64,000 nucleotides of DNA from Kudoa neothunni (lineage: Eukaryota; Animalia; Cnidaria). Each line of letters opens with the position of its first letter. Within the stretch, counting starts at the first letter, position 1. The notes beneath the pieces are model-generated. The model ran no database searches. It had not been told where the DNA came from and was given only the letters and a program-made list of their open reading frames with translations. Shown one piece after another: positions 12,815 to 25,966 of the stretch. Location of the stretch: assembly GCA_964304625.1 (NCBI GenBank), contig OZ199838.1:3622440-3686439 (forward strand), given 5' to 3'. The translations under genes and the position numbers were made by a program.

Positions 12815-15800
12815 ATGAATAGTGACCATTCAGTGTCATCGAATATGTTGAATGTTGTGAAATCGGAACCAAAAACTTCAATATCAAAAATTTCAAAGTT
12901 TGAGATGGTTCTCAACACCGAAGAGTCTATAAAAGTGTTCAAGGAGTTATGTCAATTGTTGGATATTAGTGAGCAGTTGGTTGCATTATCTATCAAAGAT
13001 TATAACGCGGTGAAGTCATGTTTTATTCTACAGGTACATGGCAATCATAATGCAATTAATCTACTGAGAAATGATGCTAAAGGATTTCATAAATTTTAGG
13101 GAGATCAAAAATTGTGGCTAATATGTGCCTTGTATGGGCTTGTTTTATCGATATCGAATAGTGGCGTGTCAGCTGCAGCGTTTGCGAAAAATAACAACAA
13201 CAACAGCAGCAGCAGCGCAACAAATCAACCAGCACCGAACAACTATCTAATGATGGATATACCGATCCATAATCGTAAACCAAACGTACCAAATTACACC
13301 AATTCATCATGCACTATCAACGCTTCTACCGCTATTGGCGGTAATGTTTCTGGGTCAAATGACAAAGGGTCGTATCAACAGAATGTTTCTAATTCTATCA
13401 GCAGCAACAATCCACCAATATCAATCGTTTCACAGTTGTCGGACAATAGCGAAAGTGTTTCATTGCTGAGTAGATTGCTTCGTCTTATAAAAGTAAATGT
13501 GAATTTCTTTTTTTCCAAATTCAACAACTGGATGCGAATGATCGATCTACCGAAACACGTAACCCAGTTGATATCATCAGTGGAAATGTCGGAAGGTGTT
13601 TCGTGTGTTTTGTTTCAAAAATATGTGCAACTGTTCAATCTATTTTTCCGAACTCCTGATGAATACGCGTTAATCGATTTGAAAAGCAACAAGCGCAAAA
13701 CCAGAAAGCGATCGTGTGATGCAAATGAATTGTTTCATTTTTGTTGGATGCTATTTGTTGCCACAAAAGAGTTGATATCTGTTGTGTACGATGTGTCCAG
13801 TGGGTTCCATTTGTTGTTACATAGCATTCGATTCGCCTTTATGAACGTGATCCACGAGAGTGATCTCTCATCAAAGTTGCTTTTACCCTCGTTCACCGAG
13901 GATGATGAACAATTCAATGTGGTGAGAAATTATTCGGTGGAAGAGTTGGAAGGATTTTTCTATGATGTGCTGACTGCTAATAGTGTTCGTTTTGTGAGGG
14001 AGGAAGCCGAGAATAGTTATCATCGTATATTTGTCCCAGCACTTGAATTTATTCAACAACAACATCATTTTGTGTTCAATTTGATATCAATGAAATCCGC
14101 TCTCGAACCCGAACACATTACATCCAATCTGTATTCTATTTTTTAATTTGTTGTTGTTGTGTGTATTGATGGAAAATGTTATTTAGAAAATATCTCATTG
14201 AATTTTATCGAGACTATCGTGTTCTCCATTTTGGTATTGATGAAATGGAATACGTGAAATTGCTCTACAATAAATCTATGTTTGTTCCGTTGGTTATGAG
14301 CCAACAAACAGCTACCACTACTAATTCTTGTGGTCTTCCTTGTGAGTCGTCAATTGCAACATCCGACCTATTCTTTCGTTCCAACAGCAACAACAACAAC
14401 AATAACAACCACAACAATGACGGTTCATTAGGCTCCTCTCAGATTGATTCGTTGAAGGTAGTTTTTGTCATGTCTAATTTTTATTTTAAAATCGATTGTA
14501 GGATTCCGCTCTCAAACAGGAATGTCATCCCACCACTAACACTCATCAGGACGAATTGTCGTTGTAAGATTGTGTGTGTACGTGTTTACGCTTTGTTAAT
14601 TTTCACTCAATTAATAGATCGTTGTCACCCGAAAACTATGTCATAAATCTCATGAGTTTATTAAAGAAACTAGTCTACAACAACGATGGTTCCAACTATA
14701 AGAATTTGTTGGAAAATTTGCTAGAGTAATAATTACACATTTGTTACCAACCAATTACATACAATATACTTTTATCTAATGTGATTAACTCGTTTAGGAC
14801 TAATTCTTTCAATGTCGCCTTACGTAAAGCAACATCACTCCCCGAATCGGCTCTTGATATCTTCCAAAAAGCCATAAATGATGAAAACTCACAACACAAT
14901 GTTGAATCTTGGGATATCTGCGTTGATATGTATTATAAAGTATGTGTTTATCATTACAATATTAGTTAGTGTGATATTAATATGTGTTCTTGTTGTTTCT
15001 TTTGTAGATGTTGTATTCTACTGTTGAGAACGAAATTTCCAAAAGCCCAAACACCGACAATATTCAACATGTTATGGTAACTTTTGTGTTCAAGTTTTTA
15101 TGGATTGTGTTAATTACAATGGGTCGATTTAGTCCTTTATTTCGTCACATGACTTCCATAAATCACTTCTCACCGTATGTTTTGATATCTTCATCTTTGT
15201 GAACAATATCCAAAAGTACTACTACCACTGCTATTTTGTTCGTGTCCATTGTTTATTGTTAGAGGTTGTTGGCGTGTTTAATGTTCAGTTAATTATTGAT
15301 TACGTGTGGTTAAAATTTTACTAATTGTTTTCACTTAATGAACAATATGGTGTCTATGGGTTTTTTGTTTTAATAATTGCTTTTATTTTTTTACTTAATT
15401 GTGGTTGAAATTAAGTCACGTGCACATGAACGTATGCATGTATTATATACAGTAGGCAACCGGTAATAAACACCAAAGCTGCGTGCGCGTGTTATTTTAT
15501 TTCGCGTTTTATCTATTTTTCAGAATAAGTATTATATCGTTTATTTAAAAAGAATGACAAAACATTATTACGATTGTTTGGCCGAAAAATAATTTGCAAT
15601 TTTTATTGTTATCTTATTTATGGATAAAATATTTATATCCTTTTACATTGGGATAAAATCCAGTGAATGGTCAGTTCAGTATAATTATAAACACTATTTT
15701 ACGCCTTATTCACTTTTTAGCGCAATATAAAAAAAATTTTTACGTTTAAATCGTGTAATCCTTTTTTATCTGCACCTATAACATTGTTTTGAAATTAAAT

Positions 15801-18800
15801 TTATTCTATTTTCATTTCGTTCAAAAATTCAACCTTCATGATTAAAATTTTTCCCTCGTTTCCAATGAAAACAATTTAATCTACATGGTTAAATTTAAAA
15901 TGTGCGTTTTATCGATTGGTCACGTGATATAACAGATTGGAAATTTCCCAGTTTAATTCTAAAATATTTTCAATCATTTTATCTTGTTACCATCACAAAA
16001 ATATTATAAAACGTTTCACTCAATACAATCCAATCATTGACCAGGCCCTACCGATGAAATTGCATATTATCAGTTGCTTACTCGTACTGTAGTTATAATA
16101 TTTTTAATAGATTTGACATTAATTTTTCTCCCTGACACGATCTTAATTTTATCTGCGCTTATCACAGTCGTTAAGTTGTGATATTTTAAATGAACGGTAA
16201 TTTAATTTATAATATGACTTATCAACTCTTAATGTGATATTTTTAACTTTTATTATCTTTGTTAATAACATGTTTTCCGGTTTCAATTAACGAATCGGTT
16301 TCTATGCTTTGATTGTCCACCTTCCGGTGGAAATTAATACACCCTAGTTATGAATTAATAGGACGGAAGAAAAAATTGATCATCCTACGGTAATGTGATA
16401 ATATGGGAATATGTTAATATGATAATATTAGTGTTGATTTCGATGGAGTTTATATTTCTTTATTTTATTTTTATCAAATTGTTAATGGTTGTATATTATA
16501 CCTTGGAGAGAGAATTTAAATAAAATATCGTTGTTATTTCGGTTGATTATTTTTACAATTATTTTCGACTTTAAACCTGTTTAAGTTTTGAATGTAAATA
16601 AACTTTATGTAAACCTTTGAGGACTATCTTCGGCTCCACGCGCCGCCTAGCCTTGAAATCATTTCGTCATTAAATTGGTCATATTTTTGTAGTTTCGCCG
16701 GAACTTTTACCAATTTTATTACACTAATCGACAAGTAATACTTTTTTTAAATGTAGTTGAAACATTAGCAACAAAAATAAAATGTAACATGTTTGTTAAT
16801 ATAATTTATTTAAAAAATACTAGAAAGGTGGACTCGTGAAGCCCCATGTTGGACTGCCAAAGCTTTGGCTTTTCCCCAAAATCTTGAGGTTTTTTTTCAT
16901 TTTTTACAATACCTTTAGGTTTTATTTAAAACACATAAACATTGAATAATAACAAATTTTGTTATCTGCGACACTAATTTTTACATCTTTAATAATGTAT
17001 CCTATTCAGATTATATCATGCAAGGTTTAAATATTCACAAGATTGAACGACGGCACATTATTAGAAAATTTTAACGTTATTCCAAAATATATCTTGAAGT
17101 ATGAAGTGATTAATTGTGTGTATATTGATCTATACTAGACATTAAATATGAGTATGAGTGAGCGTTCGCGCCAAAAAACTGCAATAATACGACGATAAAT
17201 ATAAATTTAATATCTGAAGACGTAATTATAGAGTGGGAAGAAGATTAAAAGCTTTCGTAGATACGATTCTATTTTTTGTTGTTCTTTAAACTGGAGTTTT
17301 TCTCGACCTTGGGTTTTTTAAACCCTGCTGGCAGTCTTGAGCCCAACGTTGGCCTCAAAGTGCTAATAGAAGGACTTTATCTCTTAATATTATAATTTTA
17401 AATCTAATTATTTAAAGATGACCCTTGCTATTAATCTGCTTCAGATTGGACCATAAGTATCATGCTCACTTACTCTACTCCTATTTTTACTCCCTTGGTT
17501 CCTCTGATAAGTGAGAGATTCTGTTTATCTTTCAGAGATTTTACCATTAGCTATCAGGAAAATTTTTTGTTTGCGATGAATTAAGTTTGGCATAACTAAT
17601 GAACACTTTTTTACAATTTTCTGAATAAACTGAAGATTTTAATTTTTTTCAAAATTTTAATTTGAAGGAAAATGTTCAGGGTTTTTTAATCACTGGATTA
17701 CCTTTTTGATTATTTTTAAGTTTAATGTAATTTTTAGCTATTTTTATGCAAATTTTCGCTTCAATCTCCTAAGAATCGAAACATTATTGACAGAATGTCA
17801 TGGTCGTTGTTCGATAGAAATCCATATTCTAATTTTATTATTTACTAGCTCGAAAAACCTGGCGTTTACTGGGAACGGACCAATTTAAATTAAAAAAATA
17901 TTAATCCCTTGGTATAACATATAACCCCTTTGCTGTACAGAATAAACTCATAACTTTCTTATACCATCATACTTTCAACAATCATATTAAGTAATAAAAT
18001 CTGTTGTATGGAATTGCCCGGCTTCGCAACATAGTGAGATTATTTATTTACAAAAATGCAAATAATCTTGTCTTTTAACTGACCCGTTGATTAAAGTATT
18101 CAAGGCATACTTTAATCGTAATATCGTCCTTTTCACTTTCTCGTTGAGTGGATTTTATTTTCATCTAGAAATCGCAAGATCTCACAACTCGTGTAGCGTA
18201 TTAATCGCTTTAACTAAACACTCGAAGAACCAACTAATCTGATATTTTTTACAGTTTTGGACGTAGGGTAAACGAGAAAACTACATTTTAAATTCATATG
18301 AAAAATGATGAACACTTATCTCGTATTAAACATGTGAAGTAAATAATTTTTCAACGTGATTGTTTGTTTCCCCTGACTTCGCAGAGAAAAACGCCATAGA
18401 TCATTTCAACCGCATTCGAATAATATAAAACAACATATTGCAGCCTTATAATTGAGAAAGCAGTGGAAAATAAAAGTTATTTACGCTTATCACTGTATTC
18501 TACTTAAGTCACATGATAACGTGATTTTATTATTGTTGGCTCAAATCTGTATGTACAAATGATTTACACTACTAATTCACCACTTATTAAGCTATCATAT
18601 AACTACATTTTATTTCTGTAGTTAATTTTGTATTTTTTAAATTAAAAAATAATCTCAAGTAGTCAAAAAAATCTATGTATAAGAAAATGTACTCGCGAAC
18701 ACACATATTGTTAGACAGACACACGTACACTGCAACTTTATATATTTATAGGTAGATAGATTTAAAGATGCTATAATGACAATATTTAATTTCCTTGATT

Positions 18801-21378
18801 CGACTAATATCCGACTAATAAGGAATAAAAAACCTTAAATTCAACAATAATGATTTTCACACTCTTATGCGGATATTTGAATATTTCATCAAATAAAAGT
18901 GTTTGCTGAATATTACAGGTTGTTTAAAAATTATTGTCGTGACAAATTAATATGTCTTTCTTTATTATTTATATCCTTAAGTTATTATATTGCTGTGTAT
19001 AATTTAATATTCTATAAAGCTTCTCACGCTGTTTATTTTGAATTCCTTTGTTGTATTTAACATGAAAGGTTTCAATTGTTTTAATATTAATCATGGAATA
19101 TCTTGTATTTAATTAAATTGGATTTATAACGCCAACAACCGCTTAAATATTACGAGTTGATCTTGAATTATGTTTGAATAGACCCTTTCCATGGATATGC
19201 AAATTATTTGATATTGAACCCTTTTATCTAACTCAGGTGATTACCGCCCATTTTTGCTAACCTTGAATTTGACGTTGTATTTATTGAAATAAAGTGCATT
19301 GAATTGGTGATCAAATATGAACCCAAACTTCCACGTGCAGTTGCAAAACATCTCACAATAGTATGGAATTTTAGTTGGAGTTGGTTAATATGTTGTTGTA
19401 GCTTGAAGAAGATATCGTTAGTTGCCATGGTTGGGCTCCCACTTCACCTATATACGCACGTCTTGACTCCCAAATTAACGCTGCGAACGAAATTCCATCT
19501 GCCACTTCGTATACCGAAGATCATTTGAATTCGTTTCTGCCGTTTTTTTGTAATGTAAGAATTGAGGGAGTGTTGGACTATGATGAGACACTTGTCAACA
19601 TAAGCGAACCCCTCTTTGACAAATCCGAATTGTTGAATGGTATGATTTTTTTATAATAAATATATGACGTTCCAGTTTGGATCGAGTTTTTGGTACAATC
19701 ATATTATAAAACTCTCTGATGAACTGGTATATTATTGGCTGAACCTATTGATTTTTTCGAGTTCACATGAATTATTCCTTTCATGTTGAATCGTGGTGAT
19801 ATTGATAGTAGCGCCTACATTATCTATCAAAAAATTATACTTTTTTGTGTGTTATCATAATTTTTGTTTAGTGGGTGGTTATCATGAACAAAATTTTATG
19901 TCCAACAAGTTTTGTGGTGTTGAAGTGTGCTACTATGTGAAACCATCATCCAATAAAGTGATTTCGTCAACTGTATCTATTTTCTACCAAAAAGTAGTTG
20001 TTATTTATTCTTCAGTTTAATCAACTAGTACTTGTTTTAGGTATATCATATTGTACTAACGAGATTAAATGATTTTGGGATAAAATTAAAATTGTCCAGA
20101 GGTGAAAAAGCACTGTAATAAGTTTGATCTATTGTACATGAACGAAATTTAAATTCATTTAGCATATGGAAGTGTATGGAATACATGCTAGTCTTCCATA
20201 CATATTTGATGAAAGATCATCATCTTGACCAACTACTCATCTGTTCCATTTACACCGTTATGAAAGTAGTGAACCGTCCTGTTAGTTTTGAAAGAATTCT
20301 ACAACATTATGAGAGTCAACCTCAAGCCAAGTTGTCATTATCGAGACAGGTTTCGTCGTCCATTATCAACACATTACTACACAACAGTTCGTTGTCGATA
20401 AATTTCAGTGTTTCGCTTGAGAATAACTCCATCAAAGCATTTATTAGTGCACCAAATGCTCGATCGCTGGGCACCGTGGTTGGTAATGTGGCTGGAAATA
20501 ACTCCAATATTGTTAATGCCAGTGAAAATAATCCCTCAAATCCTGATTTCAACTCTGTAAAAACTTTTGTTCCGGTTGGAGCTTCTATTACATATGTTGT
20601 GAGTGATGAGACTCGAAATCGTTTATTGGAATTTTTCACTTCAAGACAATTGTCGGCCATGGGTGATGAAATTTGCGATATTATCCAATTCTACAACAAG
20701 GTTACACTTAGATTCTTCTCACATTCGCGTGATATATATATTCTTCCTTAGATATTCTCTCACATTGTTCAACGTTTTGCAAATGAGATGGCACAATTCT
20801 TTATTGTGAGGAATTGTATTTGGAAAATTAGATATTTATGTGGTTATTTAGCAAAAAAGGATTGTAGTCGAACCCTACCCTGTACTTAAAACTAACTCAC
20901 TTGTGTCCCCACTTAGGATCTCTTCTAACTATGCTGTGTTTGTTTCTCCTATGAAACTCACTAATGTGTCTAGTGGTCATTACAATCCCGACCAACCACC
21001 TACTCCTTTCTTCAACAATAAATTCAGACATCACAACCTTGGAAATAGTAGTATCCGGTTCAATCTGGCTAGCGACAAAAGTCCCCTGGTATGTACGTAC
21101 CGATCGATTATTTTTCTTTTATGAATTTTGTAATATATTAGCTTTGTTGTAATTTTAAATCTTTACTAAAATGTCGTTTATATTTTGTTGGCATGACTGT
21201 TGTTATGTAGGTCTGCCGAGAAATCAACCGATTTGTTTCTGAGACTAAACGCGATGCCGATTTTACCTCGTTCCCCTCTTCATCTAATCCTGTGAGACGT
21301 CGGCTAATGATCGATGAGGAAGAAACTCGGAAAGTCCCAAAAATTTCTGGAGTTACCAACACTGAAGCCATTAAATAA
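12815..21378 (+). CDS. RBL1: Retinoblastoma-family pocket protein (p107/p130-like), multi-exon
   Basis: N domain WLICALY, FFSKFNNWMRMIDLP, ELFHFCWMLFVATK; pocket A FHKSLL..KPFPW..LPRAVAKHL; pocket B LMKDHHLDQLLICSIY..K, DIIQFYN; C-terminal SPLRIS..VFVSP. Large intron 15216-19181. RBL1 vs RBL2 not resolvable. Confidence 0.9.
15450..16089. mobile_element. Tc1/mariner-type MITE in the Rb-like gene's large intron
   Basis: TA-CAGTAGGCAACCGGTAATA at left; TATTATCAGTTGCTTACT..ACTG-TA at right. Confidence 0.6.
17845..18760 (-). mobile_element. Non-autonomous Helitron in the Rb-like gene's large intron
   Basis: Minus strand begins A|TCTATCTACCTATAAATATATAAAG..GTGTGTCTGTC and ends with a degenerate hairpin CCCAGTAAACGCCAGG then CTAG|T (A|TC...CTAG|T Helitron signature). 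Confidence 0.65.
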
Positions 21379-21610
21379 TATCGTACGTCTATTATTCTAT
21401 TACTAAAAAGTCGTATAAACAAACTCTATTTTTAATCATCACACATCTCGCCTGTTTCTGTTCGTTTCAGTTTAAAATATTTTTTCGTCGTATTCTTCAT
21501 TTTTTCTAAATACTGCTTGTTTTTTCAATTTTTTGCTCTTTACTAAAAGTTTACTCGAATTGCTCTTGATGGATTAACGTTTGCTTAGTTTTATTTTTTC
21601 CTTTCGCGCA

Positions 21611-21629
21611 CCCTAACCTAACCTAAACC
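21611..21629. repeat. Short (CCTAA)3 tract next to a GC-rich patch, probably a TE remnant
   Basis: ccctaacctaacctaaacc. Confidence 0.45.
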
Positions 21630-23512
21630 AATTAACCTTCCCTGTACTGAGAGAAAAAAAATTACCCCTTGCCGAACCGAGGTGGGGCACCCAGCGACCC
21701 CAGAAGAATTCAATGTTATTGACATTTGACTGCGCTTGAATTATTATTAATTAATTTATTATATAGTAATTAGCTAATAAAAACCAAAATTTAACTGATT
21801 TTTATTTCCCTCCTTACAAAAAATGGCATTGTTTGTAAGCCGCATCATTTTGTACACAAAATGAAATGCATGGGTTTAAGTCGACAGCATTCATTCAAGC
21901 GATAGTGATTTCTTTGTAGACATATTTCGTGTGCTTATCATAAAACTTAAAAAAACAAAAGTTTATCATTATTATGCCACCAACAACAAACCACACATCT
22001 AAAATCATCTGAAATCATCTAAAATCTAAAAGTAACTTTCGGTTGTGGTCGGTATAAGCAGATTTTGGATAACAACGACGCAAAATATTCTGTTTTTGCT
22101 GTTTGTTGAATTCTTCAGTCATAATTTGTTACGTTTTAAAATTTACTCGCTTTTAAATTTCGCTCTTTATATTTATTTGAAGAACAGAAAAGTAATAATT
22201 TAATTTTTGGTTATGTGAATGTAATATCAGAAAATTCATATTATGAAACATTGTGATCACGGCGTGATGAATCTTTAATGAGTTGATTTATTTTCTCAGT
22301 CATAATTTTTAAGCACAATACTAATTTTCTTAAATATTATCAAAAAGTAACTAAATGTTTTCTACTGGCGGAGGATTAACACTACCTTGTGAAATTAATT
22401 TTCGTAAATCTCCAAAAAATCTGACCACAGTAAAGTCTAACATTTCTGGTGATAATATAAGAACATAATAAATTTTAAACTGTTAAAAATAATTAAATAA
22501 ACAATATATCAGAATTCAGTAACTTTTATTGATTAAAAGGAAGCCTTGAAACACGAAACAGGCATACAGAAAATATTAGGGAAAATAATTTAGTTTCTAT
22601 GAACAAAATGCGTCCTTTGAGGTCACTGAGTGGCCCATCACAGTGTGATATTTTACATCTATAAAATTTCCAGAAATATTAATTTAAAATATATAATTTA
22701 ATGTTAGCTTAGCAATGTAAAGATTATTCAGCTACGAAATAATTTTGTCATCCCTAAATCGAATAATTTTCGCACAAGAGGAAATTTGATTCTAATTAAG
22801 AAGCGTTTCGTCAATCAAAATTTATAATACTTAAAATATTTATATAGTTTTAAATAGAATAAAATAAATATAAAAAAATGTTATGAGTATGGAGAAAGAC
22901 TCAATATTCAACATGTCTAATCAACAGCTGTTTATAATGACTTATTGTTAATTTTTGTTTCATTATAATATCATGAACAAATAAAATGAACATTTATGTA
23001 CACGAATTACAATCACATTCATATTCCTTCATAGTGAAATGTATAAATCAGTGTTTAACATGAGGATTATGTTGTTGACTTCACCACCATATATGCGATT
23101 AGAAGAAAAATTTTGATACGCTCCAGATGAGAAGCGCATATAGTGTATATAAGATTTTTTAGAGCCGCTTTCGACGAAAAAAGTCGTAAAAAACGTTAAA
23201 AATGAGGAGCCACACGCTCCACAATTACCAATTATTTAAAGAACCCACAAATTACGCCTGACCAATGTGTTAATTAATCCCAAACTTTTTAAGAATGCAC
23301 ACATAATTAACTAATCTTATTATTATGCATTAAAAATAAAAATAACAGCGATAATAAAACTAAGTTTGAAGTGTAACATCAACTATTTATAAAAAAAGTT
23401 GGACAAACAAGAAAGGAGAATCACAGCCGATATAGCAAACAAGGTGTTACTTATATATAGTTGGTGAGAATAGCAAACCCCCATTAAAAAATCAGGAACA
23501 TCTAATAATACA

Positions 23513-24801
23513 TCAGCGGTTGCCCTCATTTTCACTGTTGTTTGAATTATCGGACTTTCCATCGAACATGGCATCTAATAGAGCGTTGTTACCGTCGGAA
23601 TTGAAGTTTTTCATCAGTTCTTGGTGGTCTTTATTCGATATGGTGATAAGTTCGTTGAGTGGGGGCGCGGATTTGTTAAGTTCTATGTTTGAAAAGTAAT
23701 CAAGCTGACTTCAACTCAAATCAACAACACCCTCTAATGAGGATACATATTTTAAGACCTACCATTCTCATCTTCCACAGACATATTTAAGGTTTCTTTT
23801 ACAAGCGAATTAAAGTCGTTAACCATAGCCATATCTCTAACCTTTTTATTTGATTCATTTCGCGCCCAATCGATGCAATTATCGACAATATTTTCTTTAA
23901 ACTATAACACAAAGTTTAATCAGATGCGCATAATTAATGATAGCACATCATTAATTATTGATAAATTACTGCAGTGTCTGATTTTGATGGATCAGAATCC
24001 AATCTGAGTTGAGTAATTTGGTCTTTGTTTAGGGCGATTCCGTTTTTATCTAGATTCGATAACAAAAAAATCACTCCAAAAATCCTACCAAGAAATTCAG
24101 GCCTTTTCAACTGGTCTAAATTAACAACACTGATTAGTTGAAATATTGAGAAAAAAATACTTATTTGATAACCATAATAGTCATTTAACGCCTTAGCGAC
24201 TTCACTAATTGCCTAAAATAAGTACAGCCTATAAAAATCTAAAAACAACCAACTTTGAATGAAATAGGTTCATAGATACTAAGATGTTGACATATTTTTT
24301 TGTCAACTGAAACCCTATTCTAAGATATGTATAGTTAGAAGGGGGACCAGATCCACAAAAGAAATAACCCTAAAAAGTTGTCTAGTAAAATCGTTGTAGG
24401 GAATTCCACTTTCTGTAGTAGCCCAACGTAACCTAGCGATAAAAGCCTACATCGTATTAACATCAACTTCTCTTTTACACGTGAATTTAACACGAACTTA
24501 CTTCATGATAAAGTTTTTGTAAATAAGCTGATCTGAATCTGGTTTGATTGCTCAATTTTTTAAGCACTTTGGCTTTTGCTAATTTGAAGCATCTTTTAAA
24601 ATGACCACGCTCTCCCTTCAAAAATATATATTAAAAAAAATCGAAATAATTATCAAAAATTCATCGTGATATATATCAATTAGTAAACTTTTAGGGGATA
24701 ATAGATCGAATCACAATTCATCAAAAGTATACTTTGGCTAAATCGAAAACCCATTGTCGTTCACGTCGTTTGACACTTTTTGGAGCTTTGGTCCTAGGCA
24801 T
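23513..24801 (-). CDS. MRPL20: Mitochondrial ribosomal protein bL20m with long C-terminal extension
   Basis: MPRTKAPKSVKRRERQWVFDLAK|GERGHFKRCFKLAKAKVLK..|AFIARLRWATTESGIPYNDFTRQL..|NRVSVDKKICQHLSIYEPISFK matches L20 (ILKQAKGYYG..WIARINAA..GISYSKFINGL..IDRKILADIA); last-exon acceptor uncertain. Confidence 0.85.
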
Positions 24802-24958
24802 TAAATTAAAATACAAACGATCGGTGACGACACGTGACGATTTTCGGGGTGAGGGCATTTTTGTGGATCTTTGAGGTGGCTAACTTGATACTGTTGTTGG
24901 CGGATTTTTTTATCAATTTTTGTTTAGGTTTTACTCTATAGAGTGACTGTAAGGTGAT
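24802..24958. promoter_or_regulatory. Bidirectional promoter between MRPL20 and TIMM29
   Basis: 157 bp between divergent ATGs; locally GC-richer; contains GGTGACGACACGTGACGA (E-box plus two TGACG half sites). Confidence 0.7.
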
Positions 24959-25616
24959 ATGTCGAAGACGAATATTTTCCCCCGAATCAAGAATTATTTA
25001 AATTGTCTCATTAACGACTACAAAAGTTCGTTAATCGAACTGTCGACGACTATCAAACATCATCCAAAGAGTGCGGTAACTGTTGGAAGTTTAATGATTG
25101 GTGGTGAAGGATTGCGTAGATATTGTCCTGACAGGCGCGATTTTGATAATAACTTGGTATAACGCTGCACTACAACTCTCACCTTAACAATATTCTTTTA
25201 TAATATAATAAATTATTTAAGCTATTATAATTTTCTTGTAAATATTACGCTGTATTTAGAGAAAGATCCAAAGTGAAATTGCATGCTTGAGCAACTTTTC
25301 GCGTAATTCTGTAATTGATGACGAGATGAAACGAAGGAGATTTTTATTTGAGAAAAATCGTCTTTATTTCCGCAATTATTCAATTCTGAATGTTGTTACT
25401 GAGTGTGATTGTGGACTGCATTCGTTCGAATATCTGGATATGGAGTCCGAACTCAAATGGTACGAGCGCTATTTTGTGCCGATGTTTCTACGATACAAAT
25501 TGGTTGATATTGGAATTGCAAATCGTTGGATATTCAACCAAACCTATTCCAATTATATTGATTGTCCAAACACAACTGATCTTGACAGTTGTAGCATACT
25601 TGGACCATCTGTTTGA
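24959..25616 (+). CDS. TIMM29: TIM22 complex subunit Tim29, 2 exons (intron 25157-25259)
   Basis: LINDYKSSL..KHHPKSAV, CPDRRDFDNNL, SRN, NRLYFRNYSIL, LVDIGIANRW correspond to human LLRDYAEAC..RARPGRAA, APSEGAFEEAL, TRN, GRLRYVNLGL, VLDVGFVGRW. Confidence 0.8.
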
Positions 25617-25966
25617 TGTGTTATGTAGCTGTAAATTAGACCAATAGTTTTTTATGTAGATTTTATTTATTTTTTATGTCATTATTTTTTATTCAAATAA
25701 CTATAATTATAAAACAATAATTCTCGGATTATTTGTGGGAAGCTAATGTCAAATTGATTTGATGTACCGCATTATAATTATGTTGAATCATATATATATA
25801 TATATATATATAATTATATATGATTATATGGGAGATTAATGTTGTTAAATTTACGCGATAAATTCCTGAACAACTATTCAACAAAGAATTAAACTGACCT
25901 TAAGGAGAGCGCCGTTATCACTATTTTAACAGCTTTGCTGGCAGGTTGGGAGTGTTTTTTTGGAAA

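Noticed and set aside
16851-17337. GACTGCCA/TGGCAGTC inverted pair, a possible MITE
   Set aside because: Match is too short and the TSD is ambiguous
21611-21629. Telomeric TTAGG repeat as a taxonomic clue
   Set aside because: Only three units; such tracts are common in TE termini
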